64,000 bases of DNA from positions 2,976,001 to 3,040,000 of the forward strand of contig CAWAIF010000003.1 in assembly GCA_963782055.1 (NCBI GenBank). Direction: 5' to 3'. Source of the DNA: an uncultured delta proteobacterium (lineage in GTDB: Bacteria; Myxococcota_A; Polyangia; Polyangiales; Polyangiaceae). The translations under genes were made by a program, and so were the position numbers. The notes under the pieces are model-generated. The model saw only the letters and a program-made list of their open reading frames with translations. It was not told the origin of the DNA and did no database searches. This document shows, piece after piece, positions 61,701-64,000 of this stretch; within the stretch, counting starts at the first letter, position 1; every line of letters begins with the position of its first letter.

Positions 61701-62156
61701 TCAGCTCAGGTCCTGGGCCAGGGTGCGCGTCTCGTCCTGGAAGAGCACCTCCACCTTGTGCGGGTCGATCACGCGGGTGACGACGCCGTCGCCGAACTTG
61801 GTGTGCTTGACCAGATCGCCCACGTTGAAGATGCCGCGCACGTTGTACCGGACGAACTCGTTGAGGGCGCGGCCGTTGACCGCGCGCGCCCAGGACTGCT
61901 CGCGCTCCCGGCGCGCCTGCTCCACCCGCGTGAGGCTGTGCGCACGCGGCGAGGCGGAGCGCGTGGTGGTGCGGCCACCTGCCGTCGTCTTGGTGCCGGG
62001 CGCGCCCGGGCGGTAGTTGTGCTGCGAGCCGCACGTCTGGCACTCCACGCGCGCCGGCTTGGTGCCGACCATGGCGACGATGCGGTGAGTGAGAACGAGC
62101 CGGCACTTGGTGCACCAGCTATCGACATCACGGCCTGCGGACAGAGGCTTGGGCAC
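61701..62156 (-). CDS. Zn-ribbon + Tudor-like domain protein
   Basis: CTKC...CQTCGSQH; FNVGDLVKHTKFGDGVVTRV..KVEVLF. Confidence 0.75.
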   Translation of the reverse strand: MPKPLSAGRDVDSWCTKCRLVLTHRIVAMVGTKPARVECQTCGSQHNYRPGAPGTKTTAGGRTTTRSASPRAHSLTRVEQARREREQSWARAVNGRALNEFVRYNVRGIFNVGDLVKHTKFGDGVVTRVIDPHKVEVLFQDETRTLAQDLS

Positions 62157-62630
62157 TCAGCTCTCCTTGTTCTTCTTGCGCTCGCGGCGTACGCCGCCGC
62201 CACGCCGGGTGAAGACGTCCATCTTCACCTCGGGCAGCTTTGTGGTGGGCTTCTCCCCCTCGCCTTCGGCGCCCTCGCCCTCGTCTTTGCCGTCGTTCGG
62301 CGTGAAGCGGATCGTCGTGTTGACCTCGAACTGCACCGTCGTGAGGATCTTCTGCATCTCCCCGGCGAAGTTGGTGTGCTCGAGGAAATCGCGCATCTCC
62401 TTCGCCACGACGCGGAAGAGGCCGTTCTTGGTCTCCTCCACCTGCGAAAAGATGTAGCCGGCCAGCTCCTTCGGGAGCTTCAGGTCCCCCACGAACTGCT
62501 TGATGGACTCCGGCGCCTCGGACGCCTTCTCGACGCCGAGTTCCACCGCGCGCTTGAGGATGTCGGGGATGACGCCCTCGAGCCGCCGGCGACGCCGCGG
62601 ATCGTGCTCTTTCTCGTCGTCCTCGTCCAT
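62157..62630 (-). CDS. Conserved hypothetical helical protein
   Basis: AAGGA SD; typical codon bias; LKLPKELAGYIFSQVEETKNGLFRVVAKEMRDFL; abuts the next gene (TGA GTG). Confidence 0.75.
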   Translation of the reverse strand: MDEDDEKEHDPRRRRRLEGVIPDILKRAVELGVEKASEAPESIKQFVGDLKLPKELAGYIFSQVEETKNGLFRVVAKEMRDFLEHTNFAGEMQKILTTVQFEVNTTIRFTPNDGKDEGEGAEGEGEKPTTKLPEVKMDVFTRRGGGVRRERKKNKES

Positions 62631-62720
62631 CTCGCTGTCCTTCCAGACCCCCGTCTGGAGTAGCCGTCCCCAGGGCTCGGGTCAACGGCCGTACCGCAAC
62701 TGGTGTGCTACGGTGCGGGC

Positions 62721-63322
<602 letters not shown>

Positions 63323-63326
<4 letters not shown>

Positions 63327-64000
63327 GCGTCCTGAGAGTCGGGGTGGTGCAGGTGAACGCGCAGTCGGACGTGGCGCGCAACCTGGAGCGGGTGGCGGCG
63401 CTCGCCGGCGAGGCGGCCGCGCGCGGCGCCAAGCTCGTCGCGCTGCCGGAGAACTTCGCCTTCATGGGGGAGAGCGACGAGCAGAAGCGCGGCGCGGCCG
63501 AGGAGATCCCCGGGCGAGGTCCCATCTTCCAGGCCGTGTCCACGGCGGCGCGCGAGCTGCGCGTCCACGTCGTCGCCGGCGGCATGCCGGAGAGGAGCGA
63601 CGACCCGCAGCGCCCCTACAACACCTCGATCCTCTTCGGCCCGGACGGCGACGTCGTCGCGCGCTACCGCAAGATCCACCTCTTCGACGTGGACCTGCCC
63701 GACGGCACGCGCCTGATGGAATCGGCGGCGACGAAGGCGGGCACCGAGCCGTGCGTGACGAAGGTGGACGATGTCCCGCTGGGCATGACGGTCTGCTACG
63801 ACGTCCGCTTCCCCGAGCTCTACCGGCGTCTGGTGGACGGCGGGGCGCGCGTGGTGACGGTGCCCGCCGCCTTCACGCTGACGACGGGCAAGGATCACTG
63901 GCACGCCCTGCTGCGGGCCCGGGCGATCGAGGACCAGGTCTTCGTGCTCGCCCCCGCGCAGACGGGCAAGCACCCGCGCGGGCGCCAGACCTACGGCAAG
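63323..64000 (+). CDS. Carbon-nitrogen hydrolase (Nit1/deaminated-glutathione amidase-like), 3' truncated
   Basis: Not in the ORF track. Manual translation MSVLRVGVVQ..LVALPENF..YRKIHLFDVD..TVCYDVRFPELYR..TGKDHW (E-K-C triad); ATGA overlap with ribA. Confidence 0.92.

Overview
Very GC-rich bacterial chromosomal segment, almost certainly Myxococcota (Polyangia-like). The basis is many Cys/Gly-rich lipoproteins with D-A-G linkers, a CdbA-like RHH protein and sigma-54 promoters. About 47 real CDS lie under a dense layer of shadow ORFs. Housekeeping genes: glgA, asnS, type-2 ileS, bamA, accC-like, M16 peptidase pair, lepA, rluB-like, ribA and a nitrilase-family gene. These are interleaved with secreted or lipoprotein genes: GH25, GH31, IPT/TIG plus IgGFc-binding pair, a tandem lipoprotein pair and a trypsin-like protease. 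I recognised no tRNA, rRNA, CRISPR, transposase or prophage. Most notable: (1) a (GCAGG)13 tract in the signal-peptide region of a large protease lipoprotein that looks like an ON/OFF phase-variation switch; (2) apparently pervasive leaderless transcription, including three sigma-54 promoters at identical 14-nt spacing from start codons; (3) an archaeal-type topoisomerase VI operon with a DxN Toprim variant; (4) an IleRS with HNGH/KESKS motifs and a ~113-aa insertion; (5) an alpha-oxoamine synthase coupled to an ADC-fold protein lacking the Schiff-base Lys. Two single-base frameshifts suggest residual assembly indel errors, so repeat counts need read-level confirmation. All family calls come from motif recognition by eye; no searches were run.
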